From positions 62,312,001-62,376,000 of the forward strand of contig NC_045707.1 of NCBI RefSeq assembly GCF_009834535.1: DNA of 64,000 nucleotides, given 5' to 3'. The translations under genes and the position numbers were made by a program. Below, one piece after another: positions 37,916 to 52,997 of this stretch (positions are counted from its first letter, which is position 1; every line of letters begins with the position of its first letter). The DNA comes from Camelus ferus. Taxonomy: Eukaryota. The notes under the pieces were generated by a model. It saw nothing but the letters and a program-made list of their open reading frames with translations. It was not told where the DNA came from and did not search any database.

Positions 37916-38930
37916 AATGTCAACATAAATATACTCATTTATATATTCAAAAGAATATTTATTTGGGGAGACTAGTGTTAGAATAAAACAGGTATTGTAC
38001 TTGTCCTCATGAAGCTGAAATTAACTTACTTACTTTTGATTATGTCCACTTCTGGTAAAAATTTCCAAAATAATCTCTAGAATCTAGGGAAGCTGTATTT
38101 ATACATGGAATTGCCATGGCTACTTTTTTTCTAACATAATTTTTAATATTTAATATAAAATAATTTACATGGAGGTAATAACTATTAAACATATCATATG
38201 ATATTCTGAGGCCCTTCTTTGCTGCTGTTAGTATTAAGTAATATATAGCACATCTACCAACTTCCCAGATACGCAGTGATAAATTTACTTTAACTCTGCT
38301 TCATCTTAACCCGTCTTTTGAAAGGCTAATGCAAGAGGAAAGATGAGAAGTTTTTGAGCATTGAGCAAAGACATAGCAAGAGTCCAAAATAATGTCCCAA
38401 TGATAACTGAAAAATTATTAAGTGGTAAAAATACTTTATGTCCAATTATAAATATTTATTTTGTTAAAGTACATACTCTAAATCTGATTAGAAGCAAAGC
38501 TTATACTTTGATAACAGTGTTTTCTACTTTACAACTTTTTAAAAACTATGTCATTCTCCCTCAGTTTATTAACACTGCGTATTTTGGAAGAAGCCATTAT
38601 TCAGTTCTTACAATTTAGCTGCCATTGTGATTTTGTCTTGGAAAGCACTGTAGCTTTCTTGGCTTGCGGGTTTTTTGCCATTCCAAATCTTTATACATAA
38701 AATTTTCAGCTGGCATTCAAGGTCCTTCACACTATGATATAGACCAAACACTCTCTTTCCTTTTCCTCACTCATCCTCCCTGGCCAAGTCTCATACTGTG
38801 CAGCTTGCCAGGAAGACTGGATTTGATCCTATTTGCTGAACAAATCTAATCATTTTCACATCTGTGACATTTTTCATACTGTCCTTTCCTAGAAATTAAA
38901 AAATACATATATACTCGCATACATATGGAA

Positions 38931-39013
38931 GATCGATCGATCGATCTATCATTCATTCATTCTATCATCTATCTATTATCTATCGGTCTGTCTGTCTGTC
39001 TGTCTATCTATCT
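38931..39013. repeat. Compound tetranucleotide microsatellite (GATC/ATTC/TATC/TGTC)
   Basis: Directly visible. Confidence 0.93.
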
Positions 39014-39734
39014 CAGGGTATAATTCACATTTTTCATTTCTGAATTTTCCCAACCACTTTCATGACTTTTACCTCACTGAATCTCTAATCACGTTTCATA
39101 ACTACATTTAAAGACAAATCTTTAAGTGTTTTCAAGTCAGATGAAACAAAGTACAATCACATAAGGGGCTTTTTTTTATATTTCATAAAAATACAATATT
39201 AAGGGTATTTTTCTTTTTATGGTTCAAAGTCTCTTAAAACTGTAATATAATTTAAAAAACATAGAACATATGTTTTGTTTCTCTTAGTCATAAAATGATA
39301 ATCGTGTAATAATTTTTTTGGCCATTCAAGTTAGCTAGCTTGGAAGTAAATTTAATATTCAATCGTAGTAACCATATACAAACATTAACTCCCAGGAGGT
39401 TAGTTGCTCTTTCTTAAGATGTGGTGCATAGGAGGACCACAACCCCAAGAATTGCCAGACCCATTGTGGTACTCAGTAAATTCAAATCCTAGGCATAAAG
39501 ATGTTTGGAGACAGTGATCTAGGGGCACAGATAAAAGAAATGGTACAGAAAAACGTTTTAGCTGTAAAGCAGAATCTATAACACATTCTATCTAATAATG
39601 GTGAGGAACTATAGGAACAAAGTTGACAGAAATGAGGCAGGAGCCCACGCTGTGGTCAGCTGGCTGGCTGTAGAGTCGAGAGCCTCATTCAAGCCTCACT
39701 GAGAGCAAACAGGTAGTCAGAGCTTGTTCTTAAC

Positions 39735-40130
39735 CTGACACCACTCAGGTCCTGGGGTACTGAGGGAAACAACGACGACAGAAAAGCAAGCCCTCCTCTC
39801 ATAAAACTTACACTCCAGCCTAGGGTCACAGATAACAAAACAATCACACGTATCATTTCAAGGAGTGATAACAGTCAAGAAGAAAAATAAGGCAGAATAA
39901 GGGAAAAGGAGCACTAAATTTGATAAGGTGAATGGTGAGACCTTTCAAGTCAGATGAAATACAACCAGGGACCTGTATAAAGTAATGGAGGGGGCCATAA
40001 GTATTTCTGAGTAATGCACCTTTCAGGCAGGGAAAACAAAAAACGCCATGTGTCTAGGAAAGAACATACCTGGCTGGAAGAGCAGCAAGACTTGAAGGGT
40101 GGTTAGGACAAAGTGAACAAGAGAGGGTAG
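39735..40130 (-). mobile_element. L2 fragment
   Basis: 'aagcaagccctcctctcataaaacttacactccagcc...ttcaggcagggaaaac...agcagcaagac' is antisense L2. Confidence 0.7.
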
Positions 40131-41259
40131 TCATTTCTAGATGAGTGCTTTAAAAACATTTTAAAATGAATATTAGCAAAGTCCATTAGAGCTGTATATC
40201 CATTTATAAAAACATATCTTTCTACGTGAATAAGAAGGTAGTGGAATTTTTAAAAATGTGTCGCTGATTTAAAAGGGATGATTGTCCCCTGTCTGTCTAT
40301 ATCCCAATGCAGTCACCTCCCTGTCACACTTAGAGTGGATGATAACAACTTTGCTCACATTTCTTTTTTATTTTGTGAAATGTAAGGATTTGTGCAGTAC
40401 TCAGCAATGTATTTGTATACTGACAAGTATAAAAAAAGTTCTTGAAGAAATGTATAGTCATGTTTTTTTTCCCTAAGACAAAGTCTAGGCGTTTGTCTCG
40501 ACAGAGGAAAAGTCAGCTCATAAGTTCCTTCCTGAAAACTGCTCAACTCTGGCAAATTTATTTTGACTTTTTAATTTTTTTGTAGGCTAATGTAGCAAGA
40601 CTTTTTATTATTAGATAACAATGCTAGGATAAAAATATGCTCTCATAAAATAAGTCAAGATGTTTCAATTTCCTCTGATTAGAGAAGATGTACAATTTTT
40701 CAAAACCAGTATGCTGGGGAAAGTATGGAGACAATTTTTGAGAAATAAAATCTATTTTTCAGGAAAATTTAGTAAGGAGATCACTCATTATTTTTAAACC
40801 TTAAGACTGAAGGAACCTGGCATATTCTCATGACTGTGATAGTCTCATTAGCAGGGCTTACAGCATTTGGTTATAATCTAGGACAGTTAAGCTTTTCTAT
40901 ATGTGTGACCAAATTGACAGCAAATTAAAATTTGAACTAAGCCAGGAAGATGACTGCAATACTCTGGTTATCACAATAATAATTTTAAAAATGCTATTAT
41001 TACTAACTTCTTAGTAAATATTGATTATTTAAGAAATACAGATGGATATATATTAAAATGTAAATTAAATGAAGCAAAATTATTTTTTATTCTTTTCTTT
41101 TTGCTAGATTTTATGCTTATAGCTATAACTAATAATGGCATAGTCTATAGTCGTCGTAAAACTTTAAACTTTTTTTCTGCAATGACAAACTAGTACTTAA
41201 TTGATGTACTCAAAAGCATATTGAAAAGAAAATGTAAATGATTTCCATTCTTGGTGATG

Positions 41260-43872
41260 TCAGAGTTGGTAAATCTAGTCTCCACTGTGCTGTGAGTAAC
41301 TAGGAAAAAGTGGTTAAAATATAAAAACAATTTGCATAGAAGCACTGAAAATCTCACAAGGTCCTAAAAACATATGGTTCTAAGGTATGAAAAGAGAAGG
41401 AGTCTGGGTCAATGAGTCAATGTGGGAACTGCTTTTGCAATCAGTTCTAGAAGAGATGACCTTGAGGCTTAGAACCTTAAAGAACTGAGGGAATCAATTT
41501 TTGTATAAAGGGTCTGTCAAGGAGAAGAGACCCTTGGGGATCTTACACATATTTTGGGAGGACTCTGTGGAGCTTAATTGTAGGATTAAGGATTGAGCAG
41601 GCAAATATTGGCCTTTGGAGGCATGAATCTCAGTTTTGAAACTTGATAATCCCTCACCAAGTGAGGTGATCTACAACTGTAAAGCTCTTGACCAGCTGCC
41701 ACTCTTAATGATTATAGTAGCATCTAGGCTGCAAATAATATCTCTAATGTACCACGTGTAATTCCCAGAACTCAGCAAGACATAAGCAGGTAAATGAGTA
41801 GATAACACAGTGTCATTGAAACCCATGAGGAGCCACAGCTCTCTGAAGTGCCTCACTGGGAATTCTGGGAACCATAGCTCCCAGCATCTTGGAGATGCAG
41901 AGGGGGCCTGAGCAGAAAACAATGGTCATGGACAGCTGACACTGAACCTGCAGCACAGTAAGAAGAGATTTGGACACCATGATTAAGAGACTTCACTCAA
42001 CACATATAGACTGCTGTACCTAACAGCAGAATTTACATTTTAAAAGTCAATTTGTCAAAACTGTATATGTGAGTCATAAAGGAAGGCTCAAGTAATTTCA
42101 AAGAACTGAAATCATAAGAGTAATTCCCTTATCTAGAGAGAAATTAAGCTAAAATAATAAGATAATTAGAAAATAACAGTATATATTTGTAAAAAATAAT
42201 AAGAATTGAGTATTAGTGAGATTGTTGGACCCAAAGTCACTATACAAAATTTAGTTATATTTCTATATGCAAAAGTCAGAAAAACAAATTTAAAATGATA
42301 CTGTTCACCACAGCAATATACACAATTCAAACATATATAGGAATAAAGCTAATAAATAAAAGAATTTTAAGACAACTTAAAATTATTTTAAAAGCTATTG
42401 ATAAGCTATAACTCAAGGCATATTCCAATTTGCAAGATATTTCAAAGATACTAATTCTCCTTTTATTGCTCTTTGGATTTAATGCAATTCCAATAAAAGT
42501 TTCAACAAGTTTGTGTGTGTATGTATGTGTATAAATTAAAATTTTGATTCTTAAATTTATACAAAATGCAAAGGGTTTAGAATAGTCAGATCAATCACAA
42601 AAATGATAAATATTATTGATCTGTAATAAAGGACAATGTTTTTAATAAAAAGTGCTTAGAAAATGTATCTGTGTAAAAAATATGAAACTTGAATGATACC
42701 TTATAACACATATAAATATAAATACCAGGTGCACTGTAGATCTAATCATAAAATTCAAAATAAACACAGGATATGTACATACATATATAAAGCTTCTAGA
42801 ATGTACTATAGAGGAAAAATACCCATGGTTTTGTTGTATTGAGCAATTAATTATTTAGGACCCCAAAATCATTGAGAATGAAGGAAAATACTGACAAGTT
42901 GCACTACATGAAAATTAAAACACATAAAATTAGAGAAAAAGTAAACCCAGTAGTGAGAAAAGACTCTTGCAACACATGCAACCAACAGAAGGAGCACAGT
43001 CACTGCCTATGAATGAGTGACTATGAATAACTCACTAATATCAGTAAGAAAATGATGAACAACCTACCAGGAAAAGAAAACTGTCAAAGACATAGTCAGG
43101 TACTTTGCCGAACAGAATGCCCAGCTGACTCGTAAACACAGAAGAAGGTGCTTAAAACTGGTTTGTAATCAGAGAAATGCCAATTGAAATCAAAATGAAA
43201 TACCACCACACATCTACTAGACTGATGAAAAGGGGGGGAAAAGGTAGTGTCAAGCATTAGGAGGGGTAAGGAGCAATGGGCCCACTTAAACAGGGTCTGA
43301 GGACTAATAATTTATACAACTACTAATATATCCACATAAAATGACTCAATAATTCCATTCCTAGGTCTAGTTGTAGTAAAACTGTGTACATAAAAAAGTT
43401 TGATTGTTCTAAACAGCATTATTCTGAATCAATATACTAGAAAGAACCCAGTAGAATGCATAAATACTGTTTAGCATATTTATAAAATGAAATCTATGCA
43501 ACAATGAGAATAAATGAAATATAGCTTTATGCCACAACATGGATGGATTTCACAGCACAGATCGGAGTAAAAGAACACACAAAAATAGCATAATTCATGA
43601 TTCTCAGTTGGAGGCAAATGTAGGTGCAGCATTAGTTCAGGTTATTAGTTGGGATATTGACTAATTAATAACTAGTTAGGATATTGGTCATCTTGGGTAG
43701 GAGAGAGAGGGTAACGATTGTCCAGGATAAAGAGGTGACTTGTGGTGTGTTGATATCATTCTCTTTCTAGACGTGGGGGGTAGTTGCACACATATTCAGT
43801 CTTTGATCTTACACTGAGTTTTACATTTATTTTCATGTACCTTTGCTGGACGTGTGCTCTAATTTATAAAGC
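41260..43872 (+). mobile_element. Fragmented ancient L1ME-like element (5' piece, endonuclease/ORF2 pieces, 3' UTR)
   Basis: 'acctaacagcagaatttacatttt', 'gtaatcagagaaatgccaattgaaatcaaaatgaaataccacc', 'gccacaacatggatggatttcacagc'. Confidence 0.75.
41730..41958 (-). mobile_element. LTR16/LTR33-like ERVL LTR fragment within the L1
   Basis: GC-richer insert; reverse complement 'ctctgcatctccaagatgctgggagctatggttcccagaattcccagtg'. Family is tentative. Confidence 0.4.
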
Positions 43873-46800
43873 TAAGAAATTTACAGCAGTGTTTATAAAG
43901 TTGCCATAGAACTTTAGATATGTGTCCAAGAAAACAGGGAAACTGTGACTAAAATAGAGACGTGTTTCTCTCCCCCTTGCATTGGAGCACAAAGATTATT
44001 ACAAGTGATATGTGACAGAGATGTAAATTCAGTAGATGAGATATGATTAAGGACTGACTAGACTTTAAAAAAAAAAGAGAGAAAGGAAAGTTTCTCTGGG
44101 AAATCAACAGATATAAGCAGTCCGATATTGATAATGCAGAAAGACACACAAGTTCAACATCAATAACTGATGATCTTCATAGTACATGAGACTGAGTTGT
44201 GGAGTTTCTAAGTTAGCACACACAAATAGCATGAGCAGATGACAAGAGAAGCAAGAAAGGAAGGGGAGAAGCAAAAGAACCAGGGAGATGTACGGTTTTC
44301 TCACCTAAGAACATAATAGCATGTGATGTCATTTTATTGAGATGGGAAAAACTAGGGGAAGACAAACATTTGTTTGCATTTTCCTAACCCTCATTTTATC
44401 TGCTTATACTAACTTATTTTATGCCCATCATTGTAAGACTGAAGACAGGAATGAAGTTTGATGTTCACCCCTTGGCTATTTACTGGCAATTTTTAAAAGA
44501 ATATTTCTTAAAGTCAAGACAAATCTTTAGTACGAGCCAAATGCAATTGGAAAACTATACCTCTTGAGGAGTTTCAGAACAAGTGAAGTTAATCACAAGG
44601 ATGTCAGACTTTTCCCCGTACATTCTTCATAACTGATCAGCTAAAGTATTATTTAAAGCAAAAATACTTACTTTCCCTCATGTTTAAATTGCATCAACTT
44701 TATAGTAGCACTGAATGATAGAGCATTTCTCAATGGATCCTAAAAGCCTCCTAAAATCATTCTTCAACTAAAAAGATTTGATTTTAATGAGGACTATATA
44801 ATCCTATTTATGTGATGAGATGAGCATATGTATTAAAATTGAACTGATACAACTGTGCTATTGCCTATTGAATTCATCTACTGATATTTGTGCATGTGAA
44901 AAACTAAGATTCTCTTATATTTTTTAAAGGGGTAGATTTAAAAGATTCGTTACAAAAGTGATAATGATTAAGATTACAGTGCTGCTTTTAAGTTGCAATT
45001 TCATCGGAAAGAGAGGAACTTCTAGGCAAGTGTTTATCATGTTTTCTGTAGAGAACATCAAGAAAACATGATTAATATGAAGTGGATTTTTGCCTTGAAA
45101 TATATATAATGAATCACAGAACTGGTGACAATTTAAATAAGGAGCTTTGATATATATTTAAGAACATTCAGTGTTACAAGGAAGCCCATGAATCTTGAAA
45201 TCACTTGATCTGTGTTTCAGTTCTCATCTTTAACATGGAAGAGATTGATGAATATCTTTCCAACTTTAAAATCATACGTTGGTTTCTTGAAGTTAGACAA
45301 TAGTAAGACTTTTTTTAAAAGTTCTCTCAAGTCCGTTTTAAAAATTATTCTTACTTTTAAAATTTACTCAGAGCTAAAGCATAAAATTGATAAAGATTAT
45401 TTTATCTAACAAAGTGGATAACTATACTGTTTAATCAATAGTATGTCAGATTGGTCAGTTTATATCAAGGAAGTATTTCATTGTCAACACCTGAAAATTT
45501 TCTAGAATAACTTCCATTATCAAATATATTGTCTCACTGTTTTCATAAATTAAAAAAAAAAGATGACGTGTACCAACTATTAAATGAAAACTTATATGCA
45601 CTAAGCTTTTAAAATATATGATAAATATTATATATGTAATAGATCTCATAATATTGATATTAAACATATAATACATATACAATATAAAAATATGGGTGCT
45701 GCCACTCTTACTGTTAGCTGATAAGGGAGAGACATTGTATTAAAGCACAAGAAATCTCAATAAATTATATTTCAGAGTAGTTTAAGGCAAAATTTATAGA
45801 TAGACATGTTATCAAATAAACTAAAAACGTACGTATTCTGAAGACTAGTTGGCTCCGGTAAACCTTCATCAGACAGTCTCTAGAAGATGTATGAATAACA
45901 CCACTCCTTTCCCTGCAGTTCAGATTTTACCTATGGCTGAGAACCAGGGACCAGGAATGGAGAAAGGAGGATTTGATCTTTCCATCACTTTGCCACTTTC
46001 CTCTTACACTGTACCTTTTCTACTCACTAGGTTGTTTCTGGTTCTTCCAAAATCAAGGCATAGAAATTATAATTTAAAAAAAGGGAAAGAACATCATTCA
46101 TGGGGTTCTCTTGGCTGTTGACTGTTCACTGAGACACAGAACAAAAGCTGAGCGTTTCATGAAAAGACCACCCTTCCACGAGAAACTCTGCATTGAACTA
46201 AGTTAGCAAGCCCAGTCACTAATATCACATACATTTGCTCTGCCAAACTGACTGGCCCTTGCTCCCTCTTCTTCCACTGACATTGGCGGTTGGTCTAGCC
46301 AGTGGACACCAGTCTTCAATATTCTTAGGATAAGAGGTGGGCACAAGTACACACCCCTGGGACTCCTGTGAGTTTCTCACGAGAACTCTTCATGCTCTCT
46401 CTACTTGAAGCATGGGGCAGGCCTATGATTTCTGTACCATTGCACATGCCCTGTTGGGGACTGAAAGTCCCGTCTTCTCCTTGGAGATCTGTCTGTGTCT
46501 CTCTCACTGACTCCTACCAATTTGGCTGTGAAGAAGACGTATCCTTAGGTTTGGAAACATTACAGCATCCTGGATCCCTCAAAAAGTCTGTTCAGCTAAC
46601 CAACATTCTTCTAACAAAGCTACAACTTCTGTAAGCTACAGGGAGTTCTGTGTGCTGGGCTGCTTTTACCGCCTCTCATTTTGTCCTGCAAAGTTGCGTC
46701 TGGCTCTGCAGCTGCTCTTGAAAATATTCAGGTAATTCTACCCATTATCTTCAGGTCTGGTGCCTCAGCCAACACTTCAGAAGCAACATGAAAATTCCCA

Positions 46801-48404
46801 TTCAATACCTTGTTCCCATTAGAAAGCTTAACAATAGAAAAATGTGGGTCTATTGAGCAAACGTTGGGGGGGGGGGTGAGAGCAAGAAATAGAGATAAAG
46901 AGGAATGTAAGTGTATTGACATTCTTTTTTCTTAAATGGAGTTAAGAACATAGGTATTACCTAAATTTACAGCCTGACAAATAGAGTTTCAAGTAAATTA
47001 GTAGTTACAGAAATGGAAAGTTGGAATCTTAGCATTGGTTGCCTCCGGAAACTGCCCAGGGAATTGGGAACTAGGAAGACTTTTAATTTTATATCCTCTT
47101 GTATCCCCTCAAAGACAGCTGTACAGCTACCCAGACTCTCTCTCTCTCTGTGTCTGCATGTGTGAATAAGAAAAGTTGATTAATCAACTGGTATTCTCAT
47201 ATACTGAGTGACCTTTCCTGCTCTGATCAGATACTGGGTCAACTCTCCCCAGATGCAGAGAGTGGGCATGAATCCACACAAAGGAGGTTATTTTTCTCTC
47301 AAACATACCAATATATTACTTCTTCATTTTGGTAAACAATCTTTTTAAAGTGTCCGTTGTTTGAGATAGTGAAGATATAAAGGTTATTAAGACACATTCT
47401 CTATACTTCAGGAAAACAGAATATACAAAAGTGTGGAATGCTTTGAACAAAGTTTTCTCGGTTAACGTTTAGACTCTGTCTCTAACATACAGCAGTTGTT
47501 TCACTGAGACTGTTGATCAAGTGATTTAGGTCTTTTCCAAGCTTCCTCAGGAAGAATAAATTAAATTTCCGATTCAAAACCGTAGATTTTGATTTACTAG
47601 ATTTAACTTCTTTTTTAAAAGTCCCATAAAATTTTATGGTAACACTGTCAGTGTTGATTAAATTTTAACTAGACATATATATACATTAACATTAAGGGAA
47701 AATACTTTTTGAAAATAGTGTATGAATTATCTTTTAAGGTGAGCACAACACTGATGTCCAACCATGACTAATGAAAACTAATTTCAAAGCCTCGAGGTTA
47801 TAAACTGCTCTGATCTTGCTCTGTGTGTGATTCACCCAGCAAAACTCAGCTACTGTAGTTATAATGCCTAAGCTGCTCCTTCTCCTGAGGGCAAGATGTT
47901 TGATTAAAATACTAGCCTTCTCTGCCCATTCCTGCCCCCAAGGAGAATGAATACCTATTTTATCTACCTATTCCCTTCAGGCATCCTGTCTGCATTTGGC
48001 CACTAACTTAACCTCTTAGTTAACACTGAAATCAAGCCATGTTCTGATATTGATATTTCTTACAACCCAAGGGAGAACTTCATAACTTTTTTTTTTTTGC
48101 CAATGCCAATTCTAAGTAAAAAATTCTGTGAACAGCCAACCCTGCTTCCAATATTGCTTTTCTTTTCATCAGAATAGAAAAAAAACCAAGAGCTTCCCAT
48201 TTCATACACTGAACTTCAATGTTAAATTCTTCCTGACAACAATATGAAGATGTCCATACAGTGGAACATTGTTTAAATGCATATGTATATTTTTGAGTAG
48301 AATTAGTACCTTCTCTTTATTTTCAAACATACCACAAAAATCAGAATATATACACGTTGGAACCTTGCTCTGTTCTTATATAAATTGTTAGATAACTACA
48401 TCCA

Positions 48405-49860
48405 CCTAATAAATAATCATTAAGTGAAAACAAAATGCCAAGAGTTCTTCTAGGCATTTGGGTATATCTATGTGTATAAAAGATAACAGGTTCCTATCTT
48501 TGTGGACACTGTATTTTAGCAAGGAGAGACAGACAATAAAATTTGATATAGTGGATGGATTATCCAATATTTATAATTACAAGGACTAAAAACATTTATT
48601 AGTATACATGAGATTAAGAGTGTCAGAGGCTGGGAGGTACAGGTTGCAATATTAAATACAGTGATCTAGCAATTCTCACTGAATTAAGACTTAAAGATTT
48701 AAGAAGGTAAGTGATTTAGTTATATGGATTTCTGGATTCATTTCAGATGAAATGAATAGTAAATGCATAGTCTTTATGGTAGAACTAAAAGAGGCCAGTG
48801 AGGCTGGAATAACTTGTTGGAGGGCATGTGGGGAGACAGGAAGAATAGAAAATGAAGCCAGTGAGTTACAGAGAAATTGGAAAAAGGTAGTAGTATACAG
48901 GGCTTTATAGTTTGCATAAGGGCTGTGATTTGGGAGTCATCACACGGTTTGAGTTTAGAAGTGACATGATCTGACTTAGGCTTAGAGGGAACCCTCCCCC
49001 TCCAGTGGTTTCTGTATATGAATTAACTGTATTGGGCTAACAGTAGAAGCCGAAAGGCCAGTTAGGTGGCTATTGCAGTAATCCCACTAAGAGAGATGAT
49101 GAAGATGATGGAAACTTGTTTGAGGGAGGTACAAGCAGAGCAAATGAGAAGCTGCCAGATTCTGGAGGAGCCAACATTGTGGAGGTGGAAGAGAGGCAAC
49201 AAAGATGACTCTAATTCAAGAAATCTTGGAGTCAGGCAACTGAAAGGATGTGCTTAGGTGTGAGTGGATTTGGGAGGGGGAAAAAGGGGTGAAGAGTATA
49301 CATATTCTGTTTGAGAATTTCAACAGACATCCAAGTAAAGAAATTAGTAAGAAGCTGATAATTTAAAATTTAAACTAAAGATATAATTGGAGGGCCATTA
49401 GCAACTATATGGTATTTATAGTCATGAGTCGGCATGAACTCACCAATAAAGGGTAGTTAGTTCAAGAAGAGAAAATGACCAAACTTTGAACCTTGAGATG
49501 TTCTACCCGTTAGAGATTGGGAATACCAGGATAAACAGCCAAGGTTAACAAGGACACCTGTGAAGGAGAAGCAGCAGCAGATTGTGGCACCTTGGAGAGG
49601 AAGTGAAGAAACCTATCAAAGAAGAGACAGTGAGCATCTACTATGTGAAGTGCTGCTAATAAACAGATCCAGTAAAATGACCTGTGGACTAATCATTGGA
49701 TTTAATAGTCTGGACACCACTGGTGAATTGGACAAGAGCAGCAATATAAGACGTGGGAAAGCAAAAGCCAGACTACAGAGGGGTCTAAGGAGAGAGTGGA
49801 AAGACAGAAATTAGAGAAATTTAATATATGCAATTCTACCAAAAGGCTTCACTACAGAAG
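48405..49860 (-). mobile_element. L2a-like element, about 1.4 kb
   Basis: 'aaagaggccagtgaggctggaat', 'gaagtgacatgatctgacttag', 'ggccagttaggtggctattgcagtaatcc', 'agacatccaagt'. Explains ORFs 49066 and 49560. Confidence 0.88.
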
Positions 49861-50959
49861 ACAGTAATTCTTCAAGGAAAAATCCATTAGCTTTTTATAT
49901 ATTAGAAAGAAAAAAAAAAACCTGATAGACTACATAAATGGCTTAAAGTCAAACAGCTTGTGAGGGATAGAAACTGAATTCAAATTCAGACCTGCCTGGC
50001 TCTTTCTGTTGTGCTCTGCTATTTTCCCATGCAGCCAAAGAAACTGGAGAGTGATCAGTTAATTCTTACTTTATGTGATCTTGTGAGAATTAAGCGACTT
50101 TTTTATACAAACTGTGTAGCACAAAAGCTAGCAAGTTATATGTGAAAAAATATATGTTAGATTTCTTCTCCTTATGTTCTCTACTCCCATTTACTGCCTG
50201 TAATATATGGGGCTGTTGGTAAATGTAAAGCAAGTATTTATTGCTTATGTAACATGTAATAAAAACAAATAGATTATAGCCTACTAAAAGAACACATGAA
50301 GTGTGTAACTTACATTTCTTCTTATAATGAAGGGCTACAAAAAATGTAGAACTTACCTTTATGCTCACATTTTGTCACCAGAAAAAAGGAATCTTGGATC
50401 CTATCCTGACAATAAAAAATATACATGTACAATTTGTAAACTTATATTACTCTAAAAAATAGCCATTCATCTATATAAGGAAGAAAGTTAGACTCTTCTG
50501 TCAGTTTTCCTCTAATATACTTTAGAGCAGATGCTCTTTTGTAAACTTTTTTTTAATTTAATGACAGCACAATTCCGAAAATGAACAGCGTGTGCTGTGG
50601 GAATACTCACATTAGTTAGATAATTATTCCAGCCACTGAACAGAAGAAACAAAATGAATCTAAATTCATGTAAAATGATCTTTAGGGATTAGTGGTCACA
50701 CAGGGATGTTTACATTTCAACTCTCTAGAAAAAAATTACTTTGAAAATGCATACATGGGATCAACGTCTTAGGTGTGTCTGGGAAACAGTAACTGGTCTC
50801 GTTTTGTTGGAACTTAGACAAATAAATGAATTGTAGATGTGGATAAAGGTATAAGATAAGAAAAGAACATTTTTGATATTGGAGGAGGTCTTTAAGAATT
50901 TCAGGCTTTGCAGAGTCCCTTCCAACCCAGATTAGGAGTGTTAAAATAGTGTTTCATTC

Positions 50960-51900
50960 AAAATTACACTTTTACAGGTGAGGATTGTAAAGAGACAATA
51001 AATATGCAAATAAATAAATACTCATGGGTGTTGGGGATTTGGGAAGCTTCCTTGACCTACATTATCAAGAGATTACTCTCTACGGGGATATTTGACCTGA
51101 GAGCAAACTGACAAGAAGGAGGTACTTTAGCATAGAGCTTTTCTGAATAGGAGTTAAAGCAACTATAAGGGCCTTGAAAAATATCCAAACATGATTATGA
51201 AATTTAAAAATCAGAAAAGAGAAGCTCTTTGTGCAAAACAAAGTGAGGAAGTGGTAAAACCATGGGGGAGGTAGTTGGAGAGGTTCGGCAGACAGTTACA
51301 CAGTCTCTCGTATGACTTCACAGTAATGGCGGTGGGAGACTTCGGAGGACTGGTAAGCGAGAGAATAAGGTGATTTAATAAAGGCTTTACAAATTCCCTC
51401 TGGTTGATTTATGCAGAATGGAGAGTGACTAAAAGGACCCAGTATTAGAAGGCTGCCAAGACAGTCCAGGTGACTGACAGTGGTGGGTGGAGATGGATCT
51501 TAGCAGAGAGAAAGAAAGTACAAGAGCTGGAGGCAGCAGTTATAAGAGACGAAATAAATCACAGGCTTCTTTTGTGAAATGTAGGGTTGTGTGAAAGAAA
51601 AGAGTAAAAAGTAACTTTCACTGACTGAGTAGACCTCAGTTTGAACAGATCGAGTTTGAGATGCTGGTTGTAGAATTCCTGAAAACAGAGAATAAAGTTT
51701 ACCAAGAGAGACAGCCAGCTGGGCAACTGGGGCAGCATCAGCCCAGAGGGGACCATGAAACTATTAGAAAGACTGGCCCTTCCCTGGTCAAGGGAGTATA
51801 TGGGGACTTTGTAGAACATTTCCATTTTATAGTGCAAAAGCCTCCAAATTTGAAAGCTGGGGAGGGAAAGAGAGAGATTTAGAAAAAGGAAAAAATGGTA
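50960..51900 (-). mobile_element. L2 (diverged)
   Basis: 'ttccctctggttgatttatgcagaatgga...ggctgccaagacagtccaggtgactgacagtggtgg...agtttgaacagatcgagtttgagatgct'. Explains ORFs 51559 and 51661. Confidence 0.75.
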
Positions 51901-52435
51901 AGGAAGACTCACCTCTCCTTCCCCCATTACCAATGAGCTCTACCTTGTTTTCTGAGAAGAAAATTCTGTAATGTAAGTGGTGTATTTATCGACACTACTT
52001 AATTTACAGAAGATGTACGTGAAAATGTGCGTACGGTCCTCAGTAATGTTATAATTCAATTGTAAAACAAAAATGATGAACTCCTTGCTTGCGTTTCAAA
52101 ATTCACAACTACACAATATTTAATAGGAAAGCTGTACAACTTCAGTCCTAAATGGGGTTTTTACTGCCTCACTGTACATGGCCTTTCTCAGCAAGCTTCT
52201 CTCCCTGGCAACGCCCTCGGTGACTGACAAGCCTCTCCAGCCATTCCTCCCAACCCTACTGTATTTTTGATCACCTTCTCTTGTTTTGTTCACTGTTGTA
52301 TTTCTACCTCTTTACTGTACATAAATTCAGACATTTTTGGCCTCTTTGAATTGTTTAATCTGCACTTCATTGAGATCAATCCAACAGAAGAATGAGCAGA
52401 AAAGCTGATGAAACAAATGCTCTTCCATAGAAGGG

Positions 52436-52457
52436 GTGTGTGTGTGTGTGTGTGTGT
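52436..52457. repeat. (GT)11 microsatellite
   Basis: Directly visible. Confidence 0.95.
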
Positions 52458-52997
52458 TGTTGGGGAGAATGGGATGTGAATAGTTATACACTAATTATTT
52501 TTGTCTCTGAGAGATGAGATATCATATTTGGAAATTTTTTTTTAATACAGACAAAATGTGTGAAGAATCTTCTCACAAAAGACACATGCTCTGCAGTCAA
52601 GAAGTAGTTAAATTTTCCATTGAAAGTTTTAAATTCTAAATCTTAAGTATACTCAACTTAGCCAACAATCAGAAACTCAAACGCTTTCAAAAAGGAGCAT
52701 ACAAAAACAATTAATTTGTTTCTAACTTAATTAAATGATGAAGAAATTCAATCGACTCAGCTTTTAAATTTAATCATAATTAATCTATATAGGTACAGAA
52801 CGCTGTGTTACAGTGGCTCAATAAGAGACCGCAGGCATCTGGCAGGAACATTTCTATTCTATAGGTTGCTTCATTTATTCAGAAAGTGATAACAAGGCAG
52901 AAAATCATTAAGAAGTTTTCTGCTGAGATGACACTGCATTTTTCAAAGTTTGCCTTTAAAGATACTAAAGGACATAAAACTCTTACACATTTAGAGT

